Shown: positions 30,533-30,967 of the stretch, one piece after another
Layout: every line of letters begins with the position of its first letter
How positions within the stretch are numbered: the stretch's first letter is position 1
From: Campylobacterota bacterium
Lineage (GTDB): Bacteria; Campylobacterota; Campylobacteria; Campylobacterales; Sulfurimonadaceae
Direction of reading: 5' to 3'
DNA: 30,967 nucleotides
Assembly: GCA_034661055.1 (NCBI GenBank)
Contig: JAYEKO010000078.1
Coordinates: 1-30,967 of the forward strand
The notes under the pieces: generated by a model
What the model was told of the DNA's origin: nothing
What the model saw: only the letters and a program-made list of their open reading frames with translations
Databases searched by the model: none
Translations under genes and position numbers: made by a program

Positions 30533-30967
30533 TTGATGCTGTAAAGAGCCAAGATGGCTCTTTTACTGCATATTCAAAAGAGTATGATGAGCATTATCAC
30601 TCTACCAGAGATGGAGCATTAGGGGAGTCTCTCAATAAACATGTTATTCCTGCTCTTAACCATGTAAAAGAGAGATCTGAAATTACTATTTTAGATATCT
30701 GTTTTGGATTGGGTTTTAATACGCTTGCTACGCTTTACTATCTACATGTAAATCACATCAATAAAAAAGTCACTATAGTCTCTCCTGAACTTGATGGAGC
30801 ACTCGTAAAGGGACTAAAAGACTTTGAGTATCCAGATGTTTTTAAACCTTATTTGCATGTAGTAGAAGCGATTAGTAATCGTCATGAGTACCAAGATGAC
30901 AATTTACATGTAAATGTCATTGTAGGTGATGCAAGAGCCTATTTGCAAACCACAAATGAACAGTTTG
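30529..30967 (+). CDS. mnmD: MnmC/MnmD-type tRNA mnm5s2U34 methyltransferase domain, 3' end outside window; not in ORF track
   Basis: Manual translation from GTG: MIDAVKSQDGSFTAYSKEYDEHYHSTRDGALGESLNKHV...ILDICFGLGFNTL...VIVGDARAYL. Confidence 0.8.
   Translation, partial: MIDAVKSQDGSFTAYSKEYDEHYHSTRDGALGESLNKHVIPALNHVKERSEITILDICFGLGFNTLATLYYLHVNHINKKVTIVSPELDGALVKGLKDFEYPDVFKPYLHVVEAISNRHEYQDDNLHVNVIVGDARAYLQTTNEQF
30741..30752. repeat. Palindrome variant TCTACATGTAAA (11/12)
   Basis: In the mnmD-like gene, encodes LHVN. Confidence 0.75.
30903..30914. repeat. TTTACATGTAAA palindrome, exact copy (14 bp, 30902-30915)
   Basis: In the mnmD-like gene, encodes LHVN. Confidence 0.9.

Overview
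Core-chromosome window from an AT-rich Campylobacterota (epsilon-proteobacterial) genome, most like Sulfurimonas or a relative (inferred from gene content, gene order and promoter style). Gene order: partial REC-GGDEF regulator, two hypotheticals, uppP; a class-V aminotransferase-hisZ-purA-fliJ-MotE-like operon; DUF507-carA; the cbb3 oxidase cluster ccoNOQP with accessory genes, including a 30-aa membrane ORF missing from the ORF track; addB-addA; rplM-rpsI; a peptide ABC substrate-binding protein and a HAD phosphatase; pyruvate:ferredoxin oxidoreductase porCDAB; a DUF4139-like protein; luxS with two hypotheticals; and a partial MnmC/MnmD-like methyltransferase. Two things are not explained by the gene list. 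(1) A 12-bp palindrome, TTTACATGTAAA, occurs 8 times exactly and 7 more times with an intact TACATGTA core. All 15 copies lie inside genes, 13 read as Leu-His-Val, and none falls in cco, por, purA or the ribosomal genes. This is a candidate HIP1/DUS-like highly iterated palindrome. (2) An AT-rich islet of about 2.95 kb (PAS-PAS-GGDEF, an AAA/DUF4143-like ATPase and a probable antitoxin stub) sits in the 3' end of a gene. It is bounded by a 12-bp direct repeat that duplicates the C-terminal WGNGL-stop, and no integrase is present. I found no tRNA, rRNA, CRISPR array or IS element. All calls come from reading the sequence and recalled family motifs; no searches were run.
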